NCBI GenBank assembly: GCA_963708075.1
Contig: OY970194.1
Span: 2,976,001 to 3,040,000 of the forward strand
DNA length: 64,000 nucleotides
Reading direction: 5' to 3'
Source of the DNA: Sedimentisphaerales bacterium
GTDB taxonomy: Bacteria; Planctomycetota; Phycisphaerae; Sedimentisphaerales; Anaerobacaceae
The notes below the pieces were generated by a model. It was not told where the DNA came from, did not search any database, and worked only from the letters and a program-made list of their open reading frames with translations. A program made the position numbers and the translations under genes. Positions 1 to 17,818 of this stretch are shown piece by piece. How positions within the stretch are numbered: position 1 is the first letter of the stretch; every line of letters starts with the position of its first letter.

Positions 1-881
1 AACAGATCGCCGGCACCGTGGCCGGCCAGTTCCAGAGCCCCGGATACCTGGCCATGCAGGCCCTTGCCAGGGGCCTGTACCCAAGTGGCGACCCGTCGCT
101 GCGCGAGGCGACGCCGGCAACCGTGAACGCATTGACCCTCAAGGATGTCCGGGAGTATCATCGCAAGGTCTTTCGGCCGGACCTGACGACTATTGTCGTC
201 ATCGGCCGGACCACACCGGAGGCGGCACGAAGGATTATCGAGAAGTACTTCGGCCTATGGCAGGCGGCCGGGTCGAAGCCAGACGTGTTCCTCCCGCCTG
301 TGCCTGCGAACACGCCCTCCACTGTAGCGGTGCCCGACGCCAGCCGCGTGCAGGTCCAGGTCACGCTCGCACAGACGCTGCACCTGGAGCGATCACACCC
401 GGACTATTATGCCCTGCAGCTTGGCAATCATGTGCTCGGCGGAGCGTTGTACGCCACACGGCTTTACCGGGATCTGCGAGAGGAAGCCGGGCTGGTCTAT
501 AACGTCTCCACGTCCCTGAACGTGGGCAGGACGCGAGGGACCTATACCGTGCAATACGCCTGCGATCCCTCCAACGTTGCCATGGCAAAAGAAATCGTCC
601 AGCGCAACCTCTCGCAAATGCAGTGCGAGCCGATCAGTGACAGCGAGCTGCAAACCACCAGAGCCCTGCTGTTGCGCGAGATTCCGCTGTCCGAGTCGAG
701 CATGGACAGCATCGCGGAAGGCTTCATTTCCCGGATCAACCTCGCCCTGCCGCTAGATGAGCCGATCCTCGCAGCCCAGAGATACCTGGACCTGACCGCA
801 CCGCAGGTCCAGGCAGCGTTCAGAAAATGGATTCGCCCGGATGCCTTCGTCCAGGTCAGCCGGGGCCCGGCCCTAAAGTAA
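1..881 (+). CDS. M16 (pitrilysin/insulinase) family peptidase, C-terminal part, 5' truncated by window
   Basis: Motifs 'LGGALYATRLYRDLREEAGLVYNV' and 'YHRKVFRPDLTTIVVIG' typical of Peptidase_M16_C. Confidence 0.85.
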   Translation, partial: QIAGTVAGQFQSPGYLAMQALARGLYPSGDPSLREATPATVNALTLKDVREYHRKVFRPDLTTIVVIGRTTPEAARRIIEKYFGLWQAAGSKPDVFLPPVPANTPSTVAVPDASRVQVQVTLAQTLHLERSHPDYYALQLGNHVLGGALYATRLYRDLREEAGLVYNVSTSLNVGRTRGTYTVQYACDPSNVAMAKEIVQRNLSQMQCEPISDSELQTTRALLLREIPLSESSMDSIAEGFISRINLALPLDEPILAAQRYLDLTAPQVQAAFRKWIRPDAFVQVSRGPALK

Positions 882-903
882 CTGAACACACCCCTCGATG
901 CGG

Positions 904-1494
904 CTATGCCTGCGCGGGGACTTGTCCCACGCGGCGCAGCGCGGCGGTGAAATCCGGAGAGTTTATGTTCATCGTGTCGCCGGCCTTGCTGTAGTTGGCG
1001 TTGATGATATAACCCGGCTGACTTCCTGCCGCGGGTTTGTTGATGATGAGTGTGTTGCCGGAAATCCTGTATGTTTCGGTAGCGCGGACCACTTTTCCAT
1101 CCGGCGTGACCGTAGTCGTGACCAATTGGCTGTTCGGCTCGAACGACAGGTACATGTCCTTGTAGGGAGGTGCATTCGGCACGTTCAATTGTTCCACATG
1201 CCAATTCGTCCCGGTCAACTCTGTCGCCTCAGCCGGATTGTGCTCGCGGGCCTTTTTCTTATCGAACTCGTTGCCGATGATGTAGCCGAGGCCCGCGCCC
1301 ACGCCGGCCCCAATCACCGTACCAGCAGTATTGTGGCCAATCGCGTGGCCGACAACGCCGCCGAGCCCCGCGCCGGCCACTCCTCCAATGATCCCCCCGG
1401 TATGCTCCTTGGCGGTTGTCCCCACTTCCTGGCCCTGGCACCCGGCCAGCATGATGGCAACCCCCATGACCACCAGCACTATCTTCCTGCTCAT
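904..1494 (-). CDS. Lipoprotein with glycine-zipper 2TM region and C-terminal lipocalin/META-like beta domain
   Basis: Lipobox LAGC after hydrophobic N-terminus; GxxxG repeats GGIIGGVAGAGLGGVVG; RBS-like AAGGGGG before ATG 1494. Confidence 0.75.
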   Translation of the reverse strand: MSRKIVLVVMGVAIMLAGCQGQEVGTTAKEHTGGIIGGVAGAGLGGVVGHAIGHNTAGTVIGAGVGAGLGYIIGNEFDKKKAREHNPAEATELTGTNWHVEQLNVPNAPPYKDMYLSFEPNSQLVTTTVTPDGKVVRATETYRISGNTLIINKPAAGSQPGYIINANYSKAGDTMNINSPDFTAALRRVGQVPAQA

Positions 1495-1692
1495 GATTCC
1501 CCCTTTTTGCACGCATCAAGTTCCCATCAGACTCGGTGATCGCCCCATCCGGCCGTACCCGCTGGGGACCATACAAGACCACCCCTGTGTGCTCGCCATC
1601 CAGGATAGAGCACAATGCCCCAAACGCCTATCGGCATCGCTCTGCTCCCGCCGGAGGATTTTGCCTAATCCCGGCGAGCGCCAGATCCGAAC

Positions 1693-1975
1693 TCAGCCAC
1701 GACTGAAGACGCAGGCGCCAGGCTTGACAGGCCGTCGAAACTCATGCCACCTATTATCAAGCTCGATCATACCTTCTGGCGGAGTCTGCATGGAGGGTGG
1801 ACCAACGACCAGACCATAGTTCTCCCCATGCGGTGCATACCAGCGAAACTCGATCGTGACGCCGCGGTCCACCTACGCCAAGTGCAACGACCCCAGCGGT
1901 TAGAACGACGGCAAGGATGCCTGACGCCTCCGGCTTCAACGACACTCTGTTGGTTTGTCCCGCTGATTGACTCAT
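1693..1975 (-). pseudogene. Frameshifted small membrane-anchored hypothetical protein (about 93 aa if one base is removed near 1870)
   Basis: AAGGAG RBS before ATG 1975; TM segment GILAVVLTAGVVALGV; protein-like continuation VDRGVTIEFRWYAPHGENYGLVVGPP...RRPVKPGACVFSRG* in another frame. Confidence 0.5.
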
Positions 1976-2050
1976 ACGGCTCCTTCGCCTCATTGCCCGC
2001 TGTGCCTCGCACCACCTTCAACATCACTGCGCTTCAGCACGCTGCGGCAC

Positions 2051-2080
2051 AGTATAACCTTGCGGGTCCGAAGGAGGCAA
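2051..2080 (-). promoter_or_regulatory. Putative sigma70 promoter for the 1975 gene
   Basis: TTGCCT-18-TATACT on minus strand. Confidence 0.4.
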
Positions 2081-2240
2081 CAAGGCAGCGTAGGTACATG
2101 CCGTGCGTTTTGCACGCTGGCGGTTGCGACGCCATGGAGGGTGTGATAGACTGTGATGGTCCCAGGAGCGGCCGGTGGTTGTGGGGCATGCGTGGAAGGC
2201 CGCGGATGACGTGGTGAGCACGGGGTTGAGGACGACGGAT

Positions 2241-3110
2241 ATGAGGATCGGATTTCACACGGACGCGTTCAACAGCGCGTATTTCAGCTTCGAGAAGTGC
2301 CTGCAGTGGGCGCAGAAGAACGGCGTGCATTACATCGAGTGCGGGCTGATCGACGGAGTGAGCTGGATTCACGGGCTGGGCTACCAGCCGCACGTCGCCC
2401 TCTACGAGGACCCGATCCTGCTGCGGCGCAAGATGGACTCCTACGATGTGCGGTTTTCGCAAGTCGATGCCGCGTATCCCCTTTCAGGCAAGGACGGCCC
2501 GATTCGCGGCGTGCCCTACGTGATGAAGTCGATCCAGTGGGCGCACGTGATCGGCTGTCCCTGCGTGGACACGACCGACGGGATGCACCAGCCGGAAGGA
2601 TTGACCGACGCCGAAGCGATGGAGCTGATGAAACGAAGCTACGGGCAGATCATGGAGGTCGCCGAAGCCCACGGGATCATCGTGAACGTCGAGCCGCACG
2701 GCTACTTCACTACGAAACCCGACATGATGGCGCGGATGCTCGACTTTGTTGACAGCAAGTACCTCCGCATGAACATGGACACGGGCAATACATTCATCGC
2801 GGGCCAGGACCCGGTCGCGTTCCTCAAGCGATTCATCGACCGCGTCAGCCACGTGCACGTGAAAGACGTCTCGCAGTCGCTGGCGACCTCTGTCCGCGGC
2901 CAGCAGACCGGCATCGCCGTCAGCCAGTGCGCCATCGGCGACGGCGTCAACGCCGACAACATCCGCAAGTGTCTGGAGTTGCTCCGCGACCACGGCTACG
3001 AGGGAACCCTGAGCATGGAATGCGAAGGCCAGGCCGGCCCGATGATCGAAAAATCCCTCGCCTGGCTCCGCCAAACCCTCGCCGAGTTGAAGATTCCGGT
3101 CGAGAAATGA
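2241..3110 (+). CDS. Sugar phosphate isomerase/epimerase (xylose isomerase-like TIM barrel)
   Basis: MRIGFHTD start; metal-ligand motifs VEPHG, DTGN, HVHVKD, SMECE. Confidence 0.85.
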   Translation: MRIGFHTDAFNSAYFSFEKCLQWAQKNGVHYIECGLIDGVSWIHGLGYQPHVALYEDPILLRRKMDSYDVRFSQVDAAYPLSGKDGPIRGVPYVMKSIQWAHVIGCPCVDTTDGMHQPEGLTDAEAMELMKRSYGQIMEVAEAHGIIVNVEPHGYFTTKPDMMARMLDFVDSKYLRMNMDTGNTFIAGQDPVAFLKRFIDRVSHVHVKDVSQSLATSVRGQQTGIAVSQCAIGDGVNADNIRKCLELLRDHGYEGTLSMECEGQAGPMIEKSLAWLRQTLAELKIPVEK

Positions 3111-3164
3111 CCGGCGGGCCATAAGATGAGTGTCCCCGAGAGCTGAATTGTGCGGGGGAGGTGC

Positions 3165-3193
3165 TTGAGACTACTATTGCAGGCAGATATACT
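3165..3193 (+). promoter_or_regulatory. Putative sigma70 promoter
   Basis: TTGAGA-17-TATACT upstream of CDS 3255. Confidence 0.5.
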
Positions 3194-3254
3194 GTGACGC
3201 ACTGGGCCGTTCATCAAAAGATGTCGGATAGCAGGCTAATATAGGGGAGTATCT

Positions 3255-4229
3255 ATGCGAAATGAACGTACACACGCCGGAAGTCCCGCTCTCGCTCGTC
3301 GTCAATTCCTGGCCGTGGGCGCCGGATCGGTTGCGGCTGCGATGAGTGGCACAGGTGCTGTCCAGGCCGCGGAGGCCGGCGCCTCGCGCGTTGTGACGCC
3401 GCCGCAGGGCAAGCGGATTCTGCTGTCCTGCAAGCTCGGCATGCTGCCGAAGGAGATCGAGGGGAAGAAACTGTCGGTCGTGGAGCGGCTGCAGCTGGCG
3501 AGCGAGGCCGGATTTGACGGCGTCGATTTCGACCAGGCGGGGGAATTCACGCCCGAGCAGGCGCGGGACGCCGTACGCGAGTCGGGGGTGTTCGTTCATA
3601 ACGCGATCAACCATGCTCACTGGGACAAGCGGTTGACGAGTGAGAAACAGGAGGACCGCGATCAAGGTCGGGCCAACATCGAGCACTGCCTGCGCGTCTC
3701 GCATGCGGCCGGGGGCAGCGGCGTGCTGATCGTCCTGGGACGAGGCGACGATGGACCGGCGGAGGTGATCGAGGAACGGGCCCGGCAGGAGATCAAGAAG
3801 CTCCTTCCGATGGCGGGGCCGCTGGGCCAGATGATCCTGGTTGAGAACGTCTGGAATAAAATGATGTACGACCACGATGCCCCGCCGGAGCAGAGTGCGG
3901 AGAGATTCGTGAAATTCATCGACAGCTTGAATAGCCCGTGGGTCGGGATGTACTACGACATCGGGAACCACTGGAAGTACGGCCAGCCGGGCGACTGGAT
4001 TCGGGCGTTCGGCCGCCGCTGCGTGAAATGCGACGTGAAGGGCTTCAGCCGGGCTCAGAACAAGTTCGTGGAGATCACCGGTGACGGTGATGACCTCCCG
4101 TGGGCCGATGTCCGCAAGGCCCTCGACGATATCGGCTTTGCCGGCTGGGTAACCGCCGAAGTCGGTGGCGGCGACGTCAAACGCCTCACCCAGGTCCGCC
4201 AACAGATGCAGAAGGCCTTCGGCGTCTAA
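3255..4229 (+). CDS. Tat-exported sugar phosphate isomerase/epimerase (TIM barrel)
   Basis: RRQFL Tat motif; ENVWN, DIGNH, DVKGF and AEV motifs. Confidence 0.85.
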   Translation: MRNERTHAGSPALARRQFLAVGAGSVAAAMSGTGAVQAAEAGASRVVTPPQGKRILLSCKLGMLPKEIEGKKLSVVERLQLASEAGFDGVDFDQAGEFTPEQARDAVRESGVFVHNAINHAHWDKRLTSEKQEDRDQGRANIEHCLRVSHAAGGSGVLIVLGRGDDGPAEVIEERARQEIKKLLPMAGPLGQMILVENVWNKMMYDHDAPPEQSAERFVKFIDSLNSPWVGMYYDIGNHWKYGQPGDWIRAFGRRCVKCDVKGFSRAQNKFVEITGDGDDLPWADVRKALDDIGFAGWVTAEVGGGDVKRLTQVRQQMQKAFGV

Positions 4230-5231
4230 ATGGCCCCGATGGAATGCAGTAAGTGCCGGAAAGAGATATCTGACGCTGCAAAGAAGTGCCCTCATTGCGG
4301 CGCACGCACGAAGAGTCGCCAAGGCACGAGGCCAAAGAAGTGGTACGAGAGAACGTCCGTGACCCTGTGTGTGGCGGCGGGTCTTGTCGTCGTCGGCCTG
4401 GGATTCATCCACGTGGTCACCGGCGTCACATCCTCCTACGAATTGCCCTTCGACATCCTTCTGAAGGATTCGTTCGGATATCGTGAAACGCTCGTGGATG
4501 CCGGGAGAATCCAGGCGTTGCCATACGCCGCCGCACTGCATAAGTATCCGCTCGGGGTCAGAGTGCTCCAGAAAAGAGGCTATATGCCTGCCGGCCTCGA
4601 GTTTGAGGCCGAGATGGCGACCGAGCAGCGGCAAGACCTGCAGCGATGGCAAGTGCAGTTCGAGGAGGCACTCGGCCGGCCGGAGTCCCGCTGGCAAGAT
4701 CAGTTGCGGCAAGCAGGGCAAGTTCCTCCGGGGGACGCAGAGGACGCCCAAGCCTGCAATCATCGGGGTGTTGCCCTCGCCAGGCAAGGCGAGTATCAGG
4801 CAGCCATCGCGGAGTTCACCAGGGCAATACGGAGAGACCCGACATATGCCGACGCTTTCTACAATCGGGCGATGGTCTGCCTTGCCATCGGCAATCTGGG
4901 CGCGGCGGCATCCGATTTTGGCAAAGTCGTCGAGATACGACCGGACTTCGTCGAAGGCTACATCAGACGGGCTCGTCTCCAGGCCGCGATGAACGAGCGC
5001 AGCCAGGCCATTTCGGACCTCACCAGGGCCATTGAGATCGACCCCCGTTGCGTCAAGGCGTACTTCCATCGCAGTCTGGCTCGCTACACGAACGGTGAGT
5101 ACAACGAGGCATGGAACGATGTGCGCAAAATCCAGGACCTCGGCTCGCAGGTCCCTTCGGGATTCATCGAGGCGCTCCGTGCCGCTTCGGGCGGCAAAAA
5201 GCATGAAACACCCACATCAGCGCATCGGTGA
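4230..5231 (+). CDS. Zinc-ribbon, TM and tetratricopeptide repeat protein
   Basis: CSKC..CPHC, hydrophobic segment, TPR repeats (AIAEFTRAIRRDPTYADAFYNRA). Confidence 0.8.
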   Translation: MAPMECSKCRKEISDAAKKCPHCGARTKSRQGTRPKKWYERTSVTLCVAAGLVVVGLGFIHVVTGVTSSYELPFDILLKDSFGYRETLVDAGRIQALPYAAALHKYPLGVRVLQKRGYMPAGLEFEAEMATEQRQDLQRWQVQFEEALGRPESRWQDQLRQAGQVPPGDAEDAQACNHRGVALARQGEYQAAIAEFTRAIRRDPTYADAFYNRAMVCLAIGNLGAAASDFGKVVEIRPDFVEGYIRRARLQAAMNERSQAISDLTRAIEIDPRCVKAYFHRSLARYTNGEYNEAWNDVRKIQDLGSQVPSGFIEALRAASGGKKHETPTSAHR

Positions 5232-5420
5232 GAGATGATTGCCACACACCACAACCTGATTTGAGCGTGCGACTGGCCGGGCGTCTGGATGACAGAATCT
5301 CTGCGGCGTGAACACTTTTCGAATCTATATTGCCGAATGGGAACAGGGTGCTCATTCCGGCGTCCAAGGGCCGAACGGCCGACTTTATGAGACCACACAA
5401 CGGTCTGCGTGCTTGCGGGC

Positions 5421-5449
5421 TTGCAATTCGGATGAAAACAAGCTATAAT
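5421..5449 (+). promoter_or_regulatory. Near-consensus sigma70 promoter
   Basis: TTGCAA-17-TATAAT. Confidence 0.65.
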
Positions 5450-5455
5450 TGTCGG

Positions 5456-5536
5456 ATGGGCACACTTGAGGTGATCGTCGTTGTTTCGCTCGTATCGGTG
5501 CTGTACTTGTACCTGAGACAGTCCAACGAGCAATAG
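5456..5536 (+). CDS. Putative leaderless 26-aa membrane peptide MGTLEVIVVVSLVSVLYLYLRQSNEQ
   Basis: ATG 7 nt after -10 box, no SD, single TM helix, GC hairpin directly after stop. Confidence 0.5.
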   Translation: MGTLEVIVVVSLVSVLYLYLRQSNEQ

Positions 5537-5579
5537 CCCGCCGGGGTCCGGCGGACTCACTCCATCCCCGCCTCAAATC

Positions 5580-6701
5580 TCACGCCACTTTCTCATCCAT
5601 CAGGCGGGTGAATTCCTCGAAGAGGTATCTCGAGTCGTGCGGGCCCGGAGAGGCTTCGGGGTGATACTGGACAGAAAACGCCGCCAGTTTCTGACAGCGG
5701 AGGCCTTCGAGGGTGTTGTCGTTGAGATTCATGTGGGTGAGTTCCACGTCCTTGCCCGCAAACGAGTCGAGGTCCACGCAGAAGCCGTGGTTCTGGCTGG
5801 TGATCTCGATCCTGCCCGTGTCGAGGTTCTTGACGGGATGATTGGCGCCGCGATGGCCGAACTTGAGCTTGTACGTGCGTCCGCCCAGCGCCAGGCCGAG
5901 AATCTGATGGCCGAGGCAGATGCCGAAGATGGGCAGCTTGCCGAGCAGGGATTTGACCGTCTCGATCGCATAGGTCACCGCCGCAGGATCGCCCGGCCCA
6001 TTGCTCAGGAACACGCCATCGGGCTTGCGGGCGAGGACCTCCGCCGCCGGGGTCTGGGCAGGCACGACGGTGACATCGCAGCCGTGCGAGACCAGCAGCC
6101 GAAGGATATTCTGCTTGATGCCGTAGTCGAACGCAACGACCTTGTACCTGGCCGGCGGCTGAATCCGCTCGCCGGTCAGGACGTTTACAGCACCCTCCTT
6201 CCACTCGTACGGCTTATCGACTGTCACGTCCGTGACGATATCCCTGCCGACGAGTCCGGGGTACTCCTGGAGCTTCTCCGCCAGTTTTTTGCGATCCGCC
6301 TCCGTAGAGGAGATGATGCCGCGCATCGCCCCCTGCGTGCGGATATGCCGGACGAGGCTGCGCGTGTCGATGTCCTCAATGCCGACGATTCCACTCTTCT
6401 TCAGGTACTCGTCGAGCGTGGCGCCGTTTCGCCAATTGCTCGGATAGGGGCAGTTCTCCTTGACCACGAAGCCGGCGGCGAAGAGCTTTCGGGACTCCCA
6501 GTCCCCCGTGTTCGTGCCGTAGTTGCCGATGAGCGGGTACGTCATCGTGATGATCTGCTCGTGGTACGAGGGGTCAGTGAGGATTTCCTGATATCCGCAC
6601 ATGCTCGTGTTGAACACGACCTCGCCGCACCGCTGGCCGCGGGCGCCGAACGCCCGGCCCTCGAAAAACGTGCCGTCTTCCAGTAGTAATGCTGCCTTCA
6701 T
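5580..6701 (-). CDS. carA: Carbamoyl-phosphate synthase small subunit
   Basis: [33 protein letters not shown]. Confidence 0.98.
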   Translation of the reverse strand: MKAALLLEDGTFFEGRAFGARGQRCGEVVFNTSMCGYQEILTDPSYHEQIITMTYPLIGNYGTNTGDWESRKLFAAGFVVKENCPYPSNWRNGATLDEYLKKSGIVGIEDIDTRSLVRHIRTQGAMRGIISSTEADRKKLAEKLQEYPGLVGRDIVTDVTVDKPYEWKEGAVNVLTGERIQPPARYKVVAFDYGIKQNILRLLVSHGCDVTVVPAQTPAAEVLARKPDGVFLSNGPGDPAAVTYAIETVKSLLGKLPIFGICLGHQILGLALGGRTYKLKFGHRGANHPVKNLDTGRIEITSQNHGFCVDLDSFAGKDVELTHMNLNDNTLEGLRCQKLAAFSVQYHPEASPGPHDSRYLFEEFTRLMDEKVA

Positions 6702-6859
6702 GATTTATGATTTACCATTTACGATTTATGATTTGAAAAGGACAGTTCCCATTATGGCTCACGATCTACTATTTACACATTCCGATTTGTGAAGGACCGT
6801 TCCCTATGTCTCATTCAATCCGCCTCTTCCCCTTTCAATCGCAAATCATAAATTGTAGA

Positions 6860-6860
<1 letters not shown>
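6702..6860. repeat. Inverted arrays of degenerate heptamer (GATTTAC/GTAAATC-like) enclosing two GGAC(A/C)GTTCCC units
   Basis: gatttatgatttaccatttacgatttatgattt at 6702-6734; caatcgcaaatcataaattgtagat at 6836-6860. Confidence 0.65.
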
Positions 6861-10069
<3,209 letters not shown>

Positions 10070-10140
10070 ATTCTCCTGTTAGGCTCACCGCCTCGGTCAG
10101 AACGCACCTGCAGCCCGACCGCTCTGGATCACTTCGACGT

Positions 10141-10163
10141 ACGGGGTGCGACGCACACCCTAC
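10141..10163 (-). repeat. GTAG-type REP-like palindrome
   Basis: GTAGGGTGTGCGTCGCACCCC on minus strand between gltD and carB. Confidence 0.45.
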
Positions 10164-10220
10164 CGGCTATCTACGACCTCCCGTTATTCTACGGAGCGTA
10201 TGGGGAGGGGGTTTCGTGCG

Positions 10221-11640
10221 TCACTGGGGATTCTGACGCAGCCAGCAGTCCATCGCCGCTGCCGCCTCTCGCCCGCTATGGATAGCCCGGACGACCAGTG
10301 AGGCCCCGTTGACCGTATCTCCGGCTGCAAAAACCCACGGCTCACTGGTTTGATAACGGTCCACTATTACATTCCCTTTTGCGTCAAGTTGCAAGCCTAA
10401 ATCCTGCACCAGGCCCTCATGCGTGACATGTAGGAAACCCAGGGCCAGCAGGACCAGGTCCGCTTTCAGGACGAACTCCGTTCCGGGCAACTCTTTGAGT
10501 TGCCAGTTGCCGTTGGCATTGACCCACTCCACTTCACAAGCGTGCAGCTCTTTCACATTACCGTTATCGCCGGCGAACGCCTTGGTCAGCACGGACCACC
10601 GCCGCTCGCAGCCCTCCTCGTGGGAAGACGACGTCCGCATGATCCGCGGCCACGTCGGCCAGGGGGTATCCACGGGGCGAGTCTCGGGCGGTTTCGGCAG
10701 GATTTCCAGTTGATAGATCTTCTTGGCCCGCTGCCGACGGGCGGTGCCGACACAGTCGCTGCCGGTATCGCCGCCGCCGAGCACGACCACGACTTTGTCG
10801 CGGGCGTTGACTCTCGGGATGCCATCCAGCGGCTCGGCGGCACAGAGCTTGTTCTGGGCGGCCAGGTAGTCCAGGGCAAAAAGAATGTTGCCCCGTTCCC
10901 GACCGGTAACGGAAACATCGCGAGCGGCGCGCGTGCCCATGGCTAAGCAGACGCAGTCGAACATCTTGCGCAGGTAGTGGGCGGAGATGTCCTTTCCAAC
11001 GTTGACGCCGGTCTGGAACTCCACGCCCTCCGTCTTGAGCTGTTCCAGCCGCCGGTCGATGATGTGCTTGCCCAGCTTGAAATCGGGGATGCCATAGCGG
11101 AGCATGCCGCCGGCCTGCTCGTCCTTTTCGAAAATGACCACGTCGTGACCGGCTCTGGCCAACTGCTGTGCGGCGGCCAGTCCGGCGGGCCCGGAGCCGA
11201 CGACCGCCACGCGTTTGCCCGTTCTTCGCGGCGAGGGCAGCGGCCTGATCCAGCCTTCCTGAAAGCCCCGCTCGACGATCTGGTATTCGATATGGCGAAT
11301 CAGGACGGGCTGATCGCTGACCGACAGCGTGCAGGATGCCTCGCACGGAGCGGGACAAATCCGGCCGGTGATCTCGGGGAAATTGTTCGTCTCGTGCAGG
11401 ATGCGGCAGGCCCGTTCCCACTGGCCCTTGTACACCGCTTCGTTCATGTCCGGGATGTTGTTGCCGAGCGGACAGCCCGCCCCGTGGCAGAACGGGATGC
11501 CACAGTCCATGCAGCGGGCGGCCTGCAGACGAATCGCATCCGGCGTCAGCGGCAGGTCGAGCTCGCTGAAGTCATGGATGCGCTCCTCGACCGGACGATG
11601 GCCGACCTCCTGGCGTCTGTGCTTGAGAAACCCTTTGATC

Positions 11641-11648
<8 letters not shown>
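10221..11648 (-). CDS. gltD: Glutamate synthase small (beta) subunit
   Basis: RCMDCGIPFC, GRICPAPCE, GSGPAG, GGGDTGSDC; start overlaps gltB stop. Confidence 0.97.
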
Positions 11649-16251
<4,603 letters not shown>

Positions 16252-16361
16252 GATTTTCCTGAACTTACGAGCATGTGCAACCACTGCCACTCGTTCACAG
16301 CGTTACCCATACTATACGACATTACTCCCCTTCCGCTATGGCAGTTCCGTTAATATACATC

Positions 16362-16376
16362 ATAAACGTGATTTAT
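16362..16376. promoter_or_regulatory. Possible LysR-type (T-N11-A) operator upstream of gltB
   Basis: ATAAACGTGATTTAT = ATAA-N7-TTAT in AT-rich intergenic DNA. Confidence 0.35.
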
Positions 16377-16405
16377 AACATTATCAGAAACCCTTATCGA
16401 ACATC

Positions 16406-17628
16406 TAGGGCTATCGCATCTAAATTGAGCCTTTGCAGGCATGGTTTCGTATTCTTCTCAGAAGCAAGACACTTCAAGTAGAGAGGAATACGTTTTTGAT
16501 GAAGAAATCGATTTGGGATCATTTTGCCGCGGTTCCTGATCCTCGCGTGGAGCGGACGAAACGGCATGAATTACAGGATATTCTGGTCATTGGCGTCTGT
16601 GCCGTGATCTGCGGGGCTGAGCACTGGACGGACGTAGAGATGTTCGGCAACGTCAACGAGGAATGGTTTGGCACGTTTCTGGACCTGCCCAATGGCATTC
16701 CATCGCATGATACCTTTGGTCGGGTCTTTGCCGCCCTGGACCCGGATGCGTTTGAAGCGGTCATGCAGGCGTTTGTGGCGGATCTGGCCGGCAGCAGCCG
16801 GGGCAAGCACATCGCCATCGACGGCAAGACCCTGCGAAACAGCTTTGATCGGGTCCGTGCCAAAGGCCCGTTGCACATGGTCAGTGCCTGGGTCCACGAG
16901 AACTGCGTGGCTTTCGGCCAACGGGCGGTCGATGCCAAGAGCAATGAGATCACCGCGATCCCGGAGTTGCTCAAGCTGCTCGACGTGGAGGAGGCAACCA
17001 TCACGATTGACGCCATGGGTTGTCAAAAGGAGATCGCCGAGCAGATCGTCGATCAGGGCGGCGACTATGTGCTGGCCCTCAAGGCTAACCAAGGGACTCT
17101 GTACGAGGATGCCCGGATGTACATGGAGGACGGCATCGCCCACGGGTTTGCCGGCGAGCAGGACTTCTGGGAAACCGTGGAAAAAGGCCATGGACGACTG
17201 GAAACCCGGCGGGTGTGGACTACCAGCGATGTGGGATGGCTGCAAGGGCGTCACGACTGGCCGGGTCTGGGCAGCCTCACGGCCATCGAGCGAGAGCGTC
17301 AGGTCAACGGCCAGTGCGAACGAAAGCGACACTACTTCATCAGCTCCCATCCGGGACACTGTGCCCAGCGTCTGGGGACATTGATTCGCCATCACTGGTC
17401 CGTGGAGGTCCAGTTGCACTGGTCGCTGGACGTGAGTTTCCATGAGGACGCCAGTCGAGTCCGAGTGGCCAACGCCGCCGAGAACTTCTCGCGATTGCGT
17501 CGAATCGCCCTGATGCTGCTCAAGCAGGAGAAGACGGCCAAGGGCGGCATCGCCGCCAAACGCCTCCGAGCCGGCTGGGACCGAGACTACCTGCTTAAGG
17601 TCCTTGGCATTTAGATGCGATAGCCCTG
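16406..17628 (+). mobile_element. ISAs1-family insertion sequence, complete (1223 bp)
   Basis: TIRs TAGGGCTATCGCATCTAAAT (16406-16425) and ATTTAGATGCGATAGCCCTG (17609-17628), 19/20 match; 10-bp TSD ATCGAACATC at 16396-16405 and 17629-17638. Confidence 0.95.
16499..17614 (+). CDS. ISAs1 family DDE transposase
   Basis: [56 protein letters not shown]. Confidence 0.97.
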   Translation: MKKSIWDHFAAVPDPRVERTKRHELQDILVIGVCAVICGAEHWTDVEMFGNVNEEWFGTFLDLPNGIPSHDTFGRVFAALDPDAFEAVMQAFVADLAGSSRGKHIAIDGKTLRNSFDRVRAKGPLHMVSAWVHENCVAFGQRAVDAKSNEITAIPELLKLLDVEEATITIDAMGCQKEIAEQIVDQGGDYVLALKANQGTLYEDARMYMEDGIAHGFAGEQDFWETVEKGHGRLETRRVWTTSDVGWLQGRHDWPGLGSLTAIERERQVNGQCERKRHYFISSHPGHCAQRLGTLIRHHWSVEVQLHWSLDVSFHEDASRVRVANAAENFSRLRRIALMLLKQEKTAKGGIAAKRLRAGWDRDYLLKVLGI

Positions 17629-17818
17629 ATCGAACATCCCCTTCGCATATCGCGTCTTACAGGGCAAAACGAGGATTCCGGGCGACCTGCGAGAAATTGC
17701 CACAAATCCGTCACCGCTGCCTGTGGAGAGCCACTATTCTCGTGATGCGGGCACATTCTGTGCACACTGTGCCTGCGACAAATGGACCGCCGGGGCCAAC
17801 GTCTGGCAGGAGGTGTAG

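Noticed and set aside
3174..5204. Long antisense ORFs (676 aa here; also 26740-28857, 37462-39189, 7418-8935)
   Set aside because: Shadows of real high-GC genes on the opposite strand, with no recognisable motifs
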